The translations under genes were made by a program, and so were the position numbers. A DNA stretch of 64,000 bases from an uncultured cyanobacterium (GTDB lineage: Bacteria > Cyanobacteriota > Cyanobacteriia > Pseudanabaenales > Pseudanabaenaceae), in the NCBI GenBank assembly GCA_963703315.1, contig OY969811.1, positions 192,001 to 256,000 of the forward strand, in the 5' to 3' direction. This document shows positions 19,079 through 28,642 of the stretch, one piece after another. Under the pieces are notes generated by a model. That model was not told where the DNA came from, ran no database searches, and saw nothing but the letters and a program-made list of their open reading frames with translations. Within the stretch, counting starts at the first letter, position 1; every line of letters starts with the position of its first letter.

Positions 19079-19112
19079 ACCACAGAATTTCCTCATTTTT
19101 CTAGATTAGACT
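19079..19112 (+). promoter_or_regulatory. Cluster promoter motif, copy 5 (no downstream ORF)
   Basis: ACCACA-N5-TCCTCA-N11-TAGACT. Confidence 0.55.
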
Positions 19113-19121
19113 CTGAATTAA

Positions 19122-19216
19122 TATAGCGTTTTTCAGTATAGTGAAGTACGGGTTTGTTTCCCCGCCTTTGGCGGGGAAACAAACCTATGTACCTCGCTTG
19201 CTTGAAACGCGCTATA
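19122..19216. mobile_element. MITE-like palindromic element, family B, copy 1
   Basis: TATAGCG...CGCTATA ends; GGTTTGTTTCCCCGCC hairpin; second copy near 47649. Confidence 0.8.
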
Positions 19217-19276
19217 TATAATATTTAGTTGAGGAGACTGCGTTTTAAGATATTTCAAGCCATAAATGAGATTGTG

Positions 19277-19327
19277 AACTATGACGGCTTTAAGTTTGTA
19301 AGAGACAAACTTAAAGCCGTCATAGTT
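19277..19327. terminator. 23-bp-stem hairpin at the 3' end of the DUF1565 gene
   Basis: AACTATGACGGCTTTAAGTTTGT-AAGAG-ACAAACTTAAAGCCGTCATAGTT. Confidence 0.75.
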
Positions 19328-20886
19328 TAACGAAATGGAATAATTTCGGCACTAACCCCTGACTGGGCTAGTTTTTGGACTAGTTGATTAGCGGCAGGGC
19401 GATCGCTATAGGCTCCGACTTGAAGAACTATTCTGCCACTACGCGATAGACGGAAAGCATCAGGAACAATAGTTCTTACCCGTTGGGTCACCGATGTGGA
19501 AGTCGTAGGCACAATGACGCGATATTGAAATGGCTTGCCAGTGGTGGGATCAAGATTGGCTGGTGGTAAAGCTGCTACTTGCGTTTGGGCTGTAGTTGTA
19601 GTTCCATAGGAACGTTCAATAATGATAGTGGTTGGTGCGCCATTGCTGGGATTTGCAGAAATGACTGTAGTTGGTGCGCCATTATTGGGGTTTGCAGAAA
19701 TTACCGTGGTTGGCGCGCCATTATTAGGATTTGTGGAAATGACTGGATTTGGTAATACTTGGCTAGTGGGTTTCGCTGGTACAAATACTGTTGTTGGCGT
19801 AGGAACGACATTCGGCTGAGTGGGAATGGTCGTTCCTGTATTGGTCGAGGATGCAGAAATGGATGGAAGAGGCGTAGGAGTGGAGAAGGTTGGCGTGGCG
19901 ATCGCGGTAATTGGCGATCGCGAGGCGGTGAGGTCAAGTAAGCCTTTAACTCGCGATCGATTAATTTGATTGCCAACCGCCGCTAAGGGAATTGTGGTGG
20001 CATTGTTAATATCAAATTCGCGATTGTTGCTAAAGATATTGTTTCCCTGTGAAGTCGTTGTGCCAAGATCGGGACGGGGAGAGCCAGAGGAACTACTGAG
20101 AACAACTAGTCCATTGCGCTGATTATCAGAAATGGCATTCCCTCTCAAGGTTGGCTGAGCCGTATTAGAAATGACGATGCCATCAACATTACGCGAGATT
20201 TGATTATTCGCTAAAACCACCTGTGATTGTTGTCCAATCGATAGTCCAAAGCCTGTATTCTCAAATCTATTATCACGAATTTCACCAGTACTTGTACCAA
20301 CTGCGGAAATTCCACTACCTGTATTACCCGTAAAGAGATTGTTGCTGATATAGGCATTGGCGCTACCTGTAAGGAAAATGCCATCGTGGGTATTGCGGGT
20401 AAAACTATTGTTGGCAATCACGACATTGCGACTAGACTCTAGCCATAGTCCATAACCGCGTGGATTATTATTTGTAATGGTAACCCCTTCGAGTCGGGAG
20501 TTATTAGCAGCCACGATCGCAATATTTTGGCTAGCAAAAGTGGAACTGACAAAGCGCCCCCCACCATTAATGATCACATTACTTCCATTGGCACTAGGGT
20601 TACCGCGTACGATCGCGCCTCTGGGAAGACGAATTGGGAAGTTTTCGCCAGTTCCTGCACTATAAGTTCCATTACTTAATTGGAAAATGGTTCCTTCTTG
20701 AGGATTCGCAGCGATCGCCGCAGTGAGAGTCCGAAAAGGTTGATTTTGGACACCTGCTCCTACTGTATCGGAGCCTTGAGGAGAGACAAAAACTATTTGT
20801 TGTTGAGAAGTTTGCGCCCAAGCGATCGATGGCACACCGAGAGACAATACAAAAGCGACATTAAGAAGACAGGGAAACTTATTCAT
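19327..20886 (-). CDS. Secreted DUF1565/beta-helix protein with C-terminal SPOR domain (likely ATG at 20886)
   Basis: Signal peptide ending AWA; FVSP.GSD, PFRTLT.A, FPI.L; parallel beta-helix repeats; LQVGAYSDR..A. Confidence 0.85.
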   Translation of the reverse strand: MNKFPCLLNVAFVLSLGVPSIAWAQTSQQQIVFVSPQGSDTVGAGVQNQPFRTLTAAIAANPQEGTIFQLSNGTYSAGTGENFPIRLPRGAIVRGNPSANGSNVIINGGGRFVSSTFASQNIAIVAANNSRLEGVTITNNNPRGYGLWLESSRNVVIANNSFTRNTHDGIFLTGSANAYISNNLFTGNTGSGISAVGTSTGEIRDNRFENTGFGLSIGQQSQVVLANNQISRNVDGIVISNTAQPTLRGNAISDNQRNGLVVLSSSSGSPRPDLGTTTSQGNNIFSNNREFDINNATTIPLAAVGNQINRSRVKGLLDLTASRSPITAIATPTFSTPTPLPSISASSTNTGTTIPTQPNVVPTPTTVFVPAKPTSQVLPNPVISTNPNNGAPTTVISANPNNGAPTTVISANPSNGAPTTIIIERSYGTTTTAQTQVAALPPANLDPTTGKPFQYRVIVPTTSTSVTQRVRTIVPDAFRLSRSGRIVLQVGAYSDRPAANQLVQKLAQSGVSAEIIPFR

Positions 20887-21151
20887 AAAATTAACAGGGA
20901 AAGTAACAGCGTAAAGGGGAAACTCAGGATTTTGAATACCGAGAGAAAGACGAGTGAGGGACAGAACTGAAGCCTTTATATCAGTTTTCACTTTACCTAC
21001 GGCAAAGTGAAAACTCAAAACCTTGACTACTGCAAGACGCTATAGGTGTGTGAGGGTCTAACAGATATCTTTCAAAGATACAGCAATAGACTAAAAGTAA
21101 GTTATTTTTGTTTCTATCCGTTTTCTCCACAAAGAGAAAGCTTAATTATTT

Positions 21152-21280
21152 GTAGGATGCGTTAGTGAAACGTAACGCATCCATTGGGTAAAGATGATGG
21201 GTTACGCGATCGCTAATTTATCCTAAATAATGCATCCATTGGGTAAAGATGATGGGTTACGCGATCGCTAACCCATCCTA
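21152..21280. repeat. GTAG-type REP cluster with an internal duplication
   Basis: GTAGGATGCGTTAG..GTAACGCATCC, then GCATCCATTGGGTAAAGATGATGGGTTACGCGATCGCTAA twice, ending CCCATCCTAC. Confidence 0.8.
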
Positions 21281-21298
21281 CGCTTAATTTCAGAGGTT

Positions 21299-22042
21299 AT
21301 GTCAAATATGAGAATTGTGTTAATAGAAACGGCGGGGGCGCGTAACCTTGGTTCTGTGGCGCGGGTAATGAAAAATTTTGGATTATCAGAATTATGGCTG
21401 GTAAATCCGAAATGCGATCGCCTCGGTGATGAAGCGATGCAAATGGCAGTCCATGCCCCTGAAATTTTAGAAAATGCCAAGATTGTCGATCGCTTGCCCC
21501 AAGCCTTAGTCAATTGCCAAAGGGCGATCGCCACCGCAGGCAGAATCGATAAAGGCGAGATGAAAGTCACCAATCCACCACAAGGTTTGAGTTGGCTCTC
21601 GCAAGCTACTACCAGTGCGATCGTCTTTGGTGCGGAAGATCGGGGCTTGAGCAATGCCGAAATTCAACATTGCCAGCAAGTGATGCGAATCCCTGTCAAT
21701 CCCGACTATCCATCCCTCAATTTGGCGCAAGCAGTAGGGATATGTTGCTATCAATGGCAGCTATTACAAGAAAATATCCAATACCCCGAAAATTTGACTA
21801 GCCAAATCGCGCAAGATTTGATAAAGTCAGCACCCATAGACCTTGCCGTTCGCGAAGACCTAGAAGCTTGCTATCAGCAACTTGAAGCAGTGTTGCTCAA
21901 GATCGGCTATGTTTATCCACATACTGCCGTACATCGGTTGCGAAAGTTTCGAGGGATCTTCGACCGTGCAAATCTGAGTTCATCAGAAGTTGCGATGCTG
22001 CGAGGAATTTTGCGCCAAGTTAACTGGGCTACCAATAAGTAA
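21299..22042 (+). CDS. trmJ: TrmJ/LasT SPOUT RNA methyltransferase
   Basis: NLGSVARVMKNFG, FGAEDRGLSN, SLNLAQAV. Confidence 0.9.
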   Translation: MSNMRIVLIETAGARNLGSVARVMKNFGLSELWLVNPKCDRLGDEAMQMAVHAPEILENAKIVDRLPQALVNCQRAIATAGRIDKGEMKVTNPPQGLSWLSQATTSAIVFGAEDRGLSNAEIQHCQQVMRIPVNPDYPSLNLAQAVGICCYQWQLLQENIQYPENLTSQIAQDLIKSAPIDLAVREDLEACYQQLEAVLLKIGYVYPHTAVHRLRKFRGIFDRANLSSSEVAMLRGILRQVNWATNK

Positions 22043-22128
22043 TTTTTTAGTAACAAACTTGTTTAACTAAAAAATTACAGAAAAAATACCTTCCAAGACA
22101 TTCTTTGATATCGGAGTTATAAATAGCA

Positions 22129-23679
22129 GTGGAACCAAAAAACTTTTCATCGCCTGACGCTACCGAAAAAAGCCGAGAAGCGCGTTTAAATAAGTTGCGC
22201 GAGCGTCGCACCAAGGCTGTGACAAGCAATAGCGAAGCTGTGCTTCGTCCTTTAGGTTCTGACTCGAAACCTCGATCTTTGCGATCGCCTGAACCCCTTG
22301 AAAATCGGTTTGCAGGTCGCAGCGAAAGTCGTCTAGAAAGCAAGCTCAAGCCTTTGCCCAATCGTTCAGGCAGAATTGAAGCCCGTCCTGAACAACGTCC
22401 TGAAAGTTTTAACGCCAATCGCCCCGATAGTCGCACAGAAATAAAACCTCGCCGCAAACCCAATAGTTCTCATAATCGTCCCATTCCTATTAAGTCACCC
22501 GTTAAGTCTTTCGGCTGGCAAGCATTACGTTTGGCGATCGCAGGCATTGGTCTGAGTGTCATCGCAGGAACCGCGATGTCCTTTTGGCAAAATCAACAAT
22601 CCGCCCGTGCGAAAACACTTACTCCTGAAGTAGCCGTTAAAGAAGAAACCAAGTCTAACCAAGACATTATTCCTCTTGATCTGAAAACTGAAGCCACACC
22701 TCTACTCAGCAAAATCAAGGAATTAGCAGCTAAAGAAAAAGATCTATCAATGCAAATGATGGTGGTCGATCTGGACTCTGGGGCTTATGTACAGATTGGG
22801 GCAACTCAGTCGATCGCCGCCGCAAGTACGATCAAGACACCAATTCTGGTTGCTTTCTTTCAAGATGTGGATGCAGGGAAAATTAAGCTTGATGAGCCAC
22901 TAGAGATGACTGATGATGTCAAGGTGGGAGAAGCTGGTGATTTCCAGTTTTTACCAACGGGTACAAAAATCTCAGCGCTAGAAACTGCAACCCAAATGAT
23001 CATCATTAGTGACAACACTGCTACTAATATGATCATCAAGCGATTGGGAGGAACTACGGCTCTGACTCAGCGTTTTAAATCTTGGGGACTCAATAACATT
23101 GTTTTGAATAACCAACTACCAGATCTTGAAGGCACAAATACCATTAGTACTCAAGATATGGTGTCATTATTGGCAATGCTGGATAAAGGTAAATTGATCG
23201 AGCCACGTAGCCGCGATCGCTTTATGGACATCATGCGCCGTCCTGTCACTAACACCCTCTTGCCCAAGGGCATTGGCGAAGATGCACGCATTATTCATAA
23301 AACAGGAGATATCGGTTTAGCGGTGGGTGATGCAGGTATTGTCGATATGCCTAACGGTAAACGCTATGCGATCGCGGTGATGGTCAAGCGTCCTGACAAT
23401 GATCAACGCGCTAATGAGCTAATTCGTCAAATCTCCCGAGCAACCTACGATTATTTCCGCAGTGGTGGGACTTTGCCAGCTAATAATGCTAGTCCTAATA
23501 CCACCACCGTCGCTCCAGATGCTTCCAATGCGGTAAATCCTAACTCTAATAGTCCTGCTACCAATTCTAATAATGCTAATACTCCTAACAATCGAGGAAC
23601 TAGCATTATTGAATCTATCCCTCTCCCTTTGCCAAATGCATCTCCAAGTGCATCCCCATCACCCAATTCACTCCCATAG
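22129..23679 (+). CDS. Class A beta-lactamase-like serine hydrolase (cyanobacterial PBP-A type)
   Basis: STIK, SDN and KTG motifs; TM anchor. Confidence 0.9.
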   Translation: MEPKNFSSPDATEKSREARLNKLRERRTKAVTSNSEAVLRPLGSDSKPRSLRSPEPLENRFAGRSESRLESKLKPLPNRSGRIEARPEQRPESFNANRPDSRTEIKPRRKPNSSHNRPIPIKSPVKSFGWQALRLAIAGIGLSVIAGTAMSFWQNQQSARAKTLTPEVAVKEETKSNQDIIPLDLKTEATPLLSKIKELAAKEKDLSMQMMVVDLDSGAYVQIGATQSIAAASTIKTPILVAFFQDVDAGKIKLDEPLEMTDDVKVGEAGDFQFLPTGTKISALETATQMIIISDNTATNMIIKRLGGTTALTQRFKSWGLNNIVLNNQLPDLEGTNTISTQDMVSLLAMLDKGKLIEPRSRDRFMDIMRRPVTNTLLPKGIGEDARIIHKTGDIGLAVGDAGIVDMPNGKRYAIAVMVKRPDNDQRANELIRQISRATYDYFRSGGTLPANNASPNTTTVAPDASNAVNPNSNSPATNSNNANTPNNRGTSIIESIPLPLPNASPSASPSPNSLP

Positions 23680-23680
23680 T

Positions 23681-23710
23681 TAAAAAAGCCCCGCGTTGCG
23701 AGGCTTTTTT
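23681..23710 (+). terminator. Intrinsic terminator
   Basis: AAAAAAGCCCCGCGTTGCGAGGCTTTTTT. Confidence 0.75.
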
Positions 23711-23726
23711 CAGAAATTTCCAATCA

Positions 23727-23788
23727 ACCGAACCAATAATTCTTTAAAAGTGTTGCGGAGCAACACTTTTAAAGAATTATTGGTTCGT
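23727..23788. repeat. Long palindrome, family C
   Basis: CGAACCAATAATTCTTTAAAAGTGTTGC-GGA-GCAACACTTTTAAAGAATTATTGGTTCG; relatives near 26523 and 43944. Confidence 0.75.
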
Positions 23789-23806
23789 TTTTGATTGATT
23801 TGCACA

Positions 23807-24388
23807 CTAAGCTTTTTTACCATGATCTCTAGGCTGTGAGATATCTGAAGCTTTAGGTTCAGATATGGGTGAGGTGTGATCGCTACTCAGACTATTGTGG
23901 GGCAAAGGTTGCTTGGCGATCGCTGCTTCGATGTTGGCAGCCATAATATCGCGGGGAATTACGCCCGTGTTATCGCCAATTAATTGATTTTCACGATCTA
24001 AAAAGATAAATCTGGGAATACCATCAACGCGATATTTAGTTACCTCTGGCAACCATTTAGTATTGTCCACATTCAGCATCACAAAATTCAGGCGATCGCT
24101 ATATTCCTTTTCAAGAGAAAGATTATCTGCCGCCATCGACTGACAACTCGTACACCAGTCTGCATAAAACTCAATTACGGTGGGTTTATCATTGGCGATC
24201 GCCTCATCAATCGGAAGTGCTGCCGCCGCCACTGCATCTAGGGAAGTACTACTTTGCTGTGTCTGAAACCCAAAGAATAACGCTGTGGTTAGGATAATTG
24301 CGGCGATCGCCACTAATAAATTGCGTAAGGGTAAATTGCGTAACTGGGAAGACGCAGGGGATGGACTGGGAGGATTTTCTGAATTCAT
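23807..24388 (-). CDS. txlA: Membrane thioredoxin TxlA/HCF164-like (likely ATG at 24388)
   Basis: EFYADWCTSC, NFVMLNVDN.KW, VDGIP. Confidence 0.85.
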   Translation of the reverse strand: MNSENPPSPSPASSQLRNLPLRNLLVAIAAIILTTALFFGFQTQQSSTSLDAVAAAALPIDEAIANDKPTVIEFYADWCTSCQSMAADNLSLEKEYSDRLNFVMLNVDNTKWLPEVTKYRVDGIPRFIFLDRENQLIGDNTGVIPRDIMAANIEAAIAKQPLPHNSLSSDHTSPISEPKASDISQPRDHGKKA

Positions 24389-24527
24389 AACACTTAGTTC
24401 AAAGACTATTTCTATTATGCCGAGCAAGGTTTGCACTATGCTATGGAAATTCTAAATGATTAATGAGATGCTTACCTTTTGGGTAAGCATCTTAATTAAT
24501 TGAAAATTGAAATTACGCAATTAATCT

Positions 24528-26000
24528 ATGAGTAATTCCGAAAATTCCTTTGATTCCTCACCCTATGACCTGACCCAAACCAAACTCACTTTGAGTGAAA
24601 AGCTTGCCTATGGTGCGGGAGATTTGGGTACAGCAATCACCACTAATCTGCTCTCATTCTTTCTCTTATTCTTTTTTACCAATGTTGCAGGACTCGACCC
24701 CGCGCTTGCAGGATTAGTTTTATTGATTGGCAAAATCTTTGATGCAATTAACGACCCGATTATTGGTGTCCTCAGCGATCGCACGCAATCAAAACTAGGA
24801 AGAAGATTGCCTTGGATGATCTATTCCGCAATTCCCTTTGGATTGAGTTTTTTGGCGCAATGGCTCGTACCTACCACCGACAAAATACTTCTCTTTTGGT
24901 ATTACGTGATCATCGGCATTGTCTTTAATACCTTCTTCACTGCCGTTAATCTTCCCTATACCGCCCTCACTCCCGAAATTACTCAAGACTATAACGAACG
25001 CACTAGTCTCAATACTTTCCGTTTTACCTTCTCCATCGGCGGTAGTATTCTCTCTCTATTTATCGCACAATTGATTTTTGCTTTTTTTAAAGATCCTGCA
25101 CGGCAGACTGGTAGCTGTAATACAGGGGGAATGCAATATATTGTGCTAGGAGCAGTCTGTGCGCTGATTTCCAGCATTTCTATCTATTGGTGTATATTTG
25201 GCATTAAGAGAAGAGCGATCGCTAGCGATCGCCATCGTATCCATAATGAATCCTTAGAGAGTCATGAAGAACTAAGCTTTGTCGAGCAGTTAAAAATAGT
25301 CTTCAATAATCGCCCCTTTCTCTTTGTGATTGGTATCTATTTCTGCTCATGGTTAGCCTTACAAATCACCGCCTCGATCATTCCCTATTTCGTGGTCAAT
25401 TGGATGAAGATGCAGGAGAGTGATTTCATTCTCGTGACGATCGCCGTCCAAGGTACGGCTTTGCTCATGCTGTCGGTATGGAGCGCAATTAGTAATCGCT
25501 TTGGCAAAAAAGCCGCCTATTTCATGGGTTCAGGTATCTGGATTATTGCCCAAGCAGGATTATTTTTCTTGCAAGAAGGACAAGTCGTGATGCTCTATGT
25601 CCTCGCGATTATGGCAGGGGCTGGCGTTTCCACTGCTTACCTAATTCCTTGGTCGATGATTCCCGATGTTACTGATCTCGATGAATTAGAGACAGGTCAA
25701 CGTCGCGAAGGAATCTTCTATGCTTTCATGGTGCTATTACAGAAGTTTGGTCTAGCTGGTGGCTTATTTCTATTAGGAATCGGCTTGTCATGGGCAAAAT
25801 TTCAAGAAAGTGTACCTTGTCAGCCTTTACCTGTGCAGCCAGACTCAGCATTATTTGCGATCAGAGTCGCGATCGGTCCCTTACCCACGATCGCTCTAGT
25901 CATTGGTTTAGTCTTGGCATACTTCTATCCGATTACTCGCGAAGTGCATACAGAGATCTTGATGCGTCTAGCAGAGAAAAGAAGACAACCAAACGATTAA
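24528..26000 (+). CDS. MFS transporter, GPH/MelB family
   Basis: KLAYGAGDLG, DAINDP.IG..SDRT.S..GRR.PW, RREGIFY. Confidence 0.9.
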   Translation: MSNSENSFDSSPYDLTQTKLTLSEKLAYGAGDLGTAITTNLLSFFLLFFFTNVAGLDPALAGLVLLIGKIFDAINDPIIGVLSDRTQSKLGRRLPWMIYSAIPFGLSFLAQWLVPTTDKILLFWYYVIIGIVFNTFFTAVNLPYTALTPEITQDYNERTSLNTFRFTFSIGGSILSLFIAQLIFAFFKDPARQTGSCNTGGMQYIVLGAVCALISSISIYWCIFGIKRRAIASDRHRIHNESLESHEELSFVEQLKIVFNNRPFLFVIGIYFCSWLALQITASIIPYFVVNWMKMQESDFILVTIAVQGTALLMLSVWSAISNRFGKKAAYFMGSGIWIIAQAGLFFLQEGQVVMLYVLAIMAGAGVSTAYLIPWSMIPDVTDLDELETGQRREGIFYAFMVLLQKFGLAGGLFLLGIGLSWAKFQESVPCQPLPVQPDSALFAIRVAIGPLPTIALVIGLVLAYFYPITREVHTEILMRLAEKRRQPND

Positions 26001-26100
26001 GTGGCTAGGCATAAAACCCAAAACCAGAGCTTGTGCTGCCCACACAAGCTCTGGTTTTGGGTTTTGACTGGATTCATGACAAAATATGTCGTAGTTACTT
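25998..26100. repeat. Palindromic element, family D, copy 2
   Basis: TAAGTGGCTAGGCATA start at the MFS stop; AAAACCCAAAACCAGAGCTTGTG hairpin. Confidence 0.7.
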
Positions 26101-26179
26101 GATTCTTCTAGGATAGTGTAATAATACTTGCAAAAATGAAGCTAAACCACCTCTAAATCGATTTTAGGTCGATAACATT

Positions 26180-26440
26180 ATGGATATAAAGCTCATCAAC
26201 ATCGGCTTTGGCAATATTGTGTCTGCAAACCGAGTTGTAGCGATCGTTAGCCCTGAATCTGCTCCCATTAAGCGTATCATTAGTGACGCTCGCGAACATG
26301 GTAAGTTGGTTGATGCTACCTACGGTAGACGTACTAGAGCCGTAATTGTCACCGATTCTAGTCATGTTGTTTTATCGGCAATTCAACCAGAAACTGTGGC
26401 AAATCGTTTTGTCATTAGTAAAGAAGGTACTACTGATTAA
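26180..26440 (+). CDS. DUF370/RemA family protein
   Basis: [39 protein letters not shown]. Confidence 0.95.
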   Translation: MDIKLINIGFGNIVSANRVVAIVSPESAPIKRIISDAREHGKLVDATYGRRTRAVIVTDSSHVVLSAIQPETVANRFVISKEGTTD

Positions 26441-26522
26441 AAAACTTTAAACCCCTTACTGAGTAAGAGGTTTAAAGTTTTTTAATCTCTTAACAGAAAT
26501 TTACAGAAAATTTCTATCAACC

Positions 26523-26581
26523 AAACGAAGAAATTTTTTGAAAGTCTTGCTTTGCAAGACTTTCAAAAAATTTCTTCGTTT
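26523..26581. repeat. Long palindrome, family C
   Basis: AAACGAAGAAATTTTTTGAAAGTCTTGC-TTT-GCAAGACTTTCAAAAAATTTCTTCGTTT. Confidence 0.75.
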
Positions 26582-26642
26582 GAGTTTGAGCGCAAAGCGC
26601 TGTTATGCTATAGGAATTGATGCAGTTTTGAGAGAAGTTAAA

Positions 26643-27194
26643 TTGAGCGAAGGTAAACTAATCGTCGTAACGGGACCTAGTGGTGTCGGTAAAGGTACTT
26701 TACTCCAGAGATTACTAGCACTCTATCCCGATCGCATTCTCTTCTCAATCTCAGCAACCACGCGATCGCCCCGCGCAGGTGAAGAACATGGGCGTGAATA
26801 TTTTTTCTGGGATCGTACGGAATTTGAAAAAAAACGCGATGCAGGGGAGTTTCTCGAATGGGCGGAATATGCAGGAAATCTTTACGGTACACCACGCCAA
26901 GCAATTGATCAGGCGATCGCCTTGGGGCAGATTGTGATCTTAGAAATTGAACTGGAAGGGGCGCGACAGGTGGCAAAATCTTTTCCTACTGCCAAAAGAA
27001 TTTTTATTGCCCCACCCTCAATGGAGGTCTTAGAAAGTCGGTTGCGCGATCGCAGTACCGATAGTGATGAACAGATTATTAAACGATTGCACCATGCCAC
27101 CTTAGAAGTAGCTGCCGCCCATGAATTTGATCTCACCATAGTTAATGATGATCTAGAAATTGCATTGCAAGAACTCCAAAAAGCCATATTCTAG
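26643..27194 (+). CDS. gmk: Guanylate kinase (likely TTG start at 26643)
   Basis: GPSGVGKGT, SATTRSPR.GE..G.EY. Confidence 0.95.
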   Translation: MSEGKLIVVTGPSGVGKGTLLQRLLALYPDRILFSISATTRSPRAGEEHGREYFFWDRTEFEKKRDAGEFLEWAEYAGNLYGTPRQAIDQAIALGQIVILEIELEGARQVAKSFPTAKRIFIAPPSMEVLESRLRDRSTDSDEQIIKRLHHATLEVAAAHEFDLTIVNDDLEIALQELQKAIF

Positions 27195-28533
27195 TCATGC
27201 AAACCTAGCCGTAATTTTTCTAATGACTATGTGGAGTCTCGTTGGCACTTTGCTACTATCGGTTTCAACTCAAGCCCTTGATGGGCGTGAAGTCGCCACA
27301 GTACCGCGATCGCTCATGAGCTATGCTACCCGTCCAGTGCTAGCCTCAGAAGCGATCGCCAATACCCAACCTGATCCCTTAGCCAAGCAAGCGATCCTCG
27401 TGATGCTCAATGAGCTTAAACAAGCAGGGCTAACTAATCCCGATCAAGGGGTCTGGATTCAGTCCCATGATGGATCACTCGCCTCAGGTTTATTATCGAA
27501 TCGTCCTTTGCCATCGGCATCCCTCACCAAAACTGTCACGACCTTAGCAGCTTTACAAACATGGGGATCGAACTATCGCTTTGTTACCAATTTCAGCACT
27601 ACAGGCACGATCTCAGGCGATACCCTCAAGGGTGATCTGATCATTGAAGGTAGCGGCGATCCATTCTTTGTATGGGAAGAGGCGATCGCCCTCGGTAATA
27701 AACTTAATCAGCTAGGCATTAAGCGCATTCAAGGTAATCTCCTGATTACAGGTAGATTCTCCATGAATTTTGAGTCTGACTTGCAAAAATCAGCAAACTT
27801 TTTGCGCTTAGCGTTGGATAGTAGTCGGTGGGAAGGGGAAGTCGCTGAGCAATATGCCACCATGCCTACGGGAACCCTCAAACCCCAAGTCGTGATTTTG
27901 GGTAATGTCAAGATTGTGCCAAATTCTGCCGCCGCCAATGTCACTAGCAAATTATTAATTCGCCATACATCGTTACCACTTTGGCAAATTTTGAAGCGGA
28001 TGAATACCTTCAGTAATAATGAAATGGCAGAAACCCTTGCTTCGCAGCTAGGTGGTGGCAAACAAGTGGCTGAGATCGCGGCTAATACTACGGGTATACC
28101 AATTTCTGAAATTAGATTAGTTAATGGTTCAGGTTTAGGACAAGCCAATCAGATTTCTCCTCGCGCCAGTGTCGCAATTTTAATGGCAGTCCATAACCGC
28201 GCTCAATTAGAGGGCTTAACCCTTGCTGACCTGTTCCCGACTAGCGATTGTAACTGCGGCACGATCGAGGGGCGCAAAATGCCGAAAGGGGCGATCGTCA
28301 AAACAGGAACTTTATCCGATGTCAGTGCCTTAGCAGGAGTTATTCAAACCCAGCAGCATGGAGCCGTCTGGTTTGCGATCGTCAATCGTGGTGAAGGTGA
28401 TATTGATGCTTTTCATCGATCGCAGGATCGGGTCTTACAAACTCTTGTTGCCAAATGGGGTTTACCCAAGTTTCCTACCAGTTTTGCCGAAACTCCGTGG
28501 CGCGATAGCGATCGTAACGAAATCATTAAATGA
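27160..28533 (+). CDS. dacB: D-Ala-D-Ala carboxypeptidase, peptidase S13 (start uncertain, perhaps 27223)
   Basis: SLTK, SNN, NGSGL and KTGTL motifs. Confidence 0.85.
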   Translation: MHCKNSKKPYSSHANLAVIFLMTMWSLVGTLLLSVSTQALDGREVATVPRSLMSYATRPVLASEAIANTQPDPLAKQAILVMLNELKQAGLTNPDQGVWIQSHDGSLASGLLSNRPLPSASLTKTVTTLAALQTWGSNYRFVTNFSTTGTISGDTLKGDLIIEGSGDPFFVWEEAIALGNKLNQLGIKRIQGNLLITGRFSMNFESDLQKSANFLRLALDSSRWEGEVAEQYATMPTGTLKPQVVILGNVKIVPNSAAANVTSKLLIRHTSLPLWQILKRMNTFSNNEMAETLASQLGGGKQVAEIAANTTGIPISEIRLVNGSGLGQANQISPRASVAILMAVHNRAQLEGLTLADLFPTSDCNCGTIEGRKMPKGAIVKTGTLSDVSALAGVIQTQQHGAVWFAIVNRGEGDIDAFHRSQDRVLQTLVAKWGLPKFPTSFAETPWRDSDRNEIIK

Positions 28534-28642
28534 CCAAAGCGGCGCTTTAGTTATTTATGGTCAACATGGCAACATTTAGATAATCGCAATTTAGGCTAGA
28601 CTATGAAATGATTATGAAAAGCTTAAACCAAGCCCACAAACG

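Noticed and set aside
9113..19112. TCCTCA as merely a reverse-strand Shine-Dalgarno (TGAGGA)
   Set aside because: No minus-strand genes start at these five sites, and the fixed 11-nt spacing to a + strand -10 would be unexplained
26538..26642. N-terminal extension of Gmk (likewise Rrf2 39301-39375 and the kinase 31296-31394)
   Set aside because: These extensions run through intergenic palindromes or repeats, and better starts exist downstream
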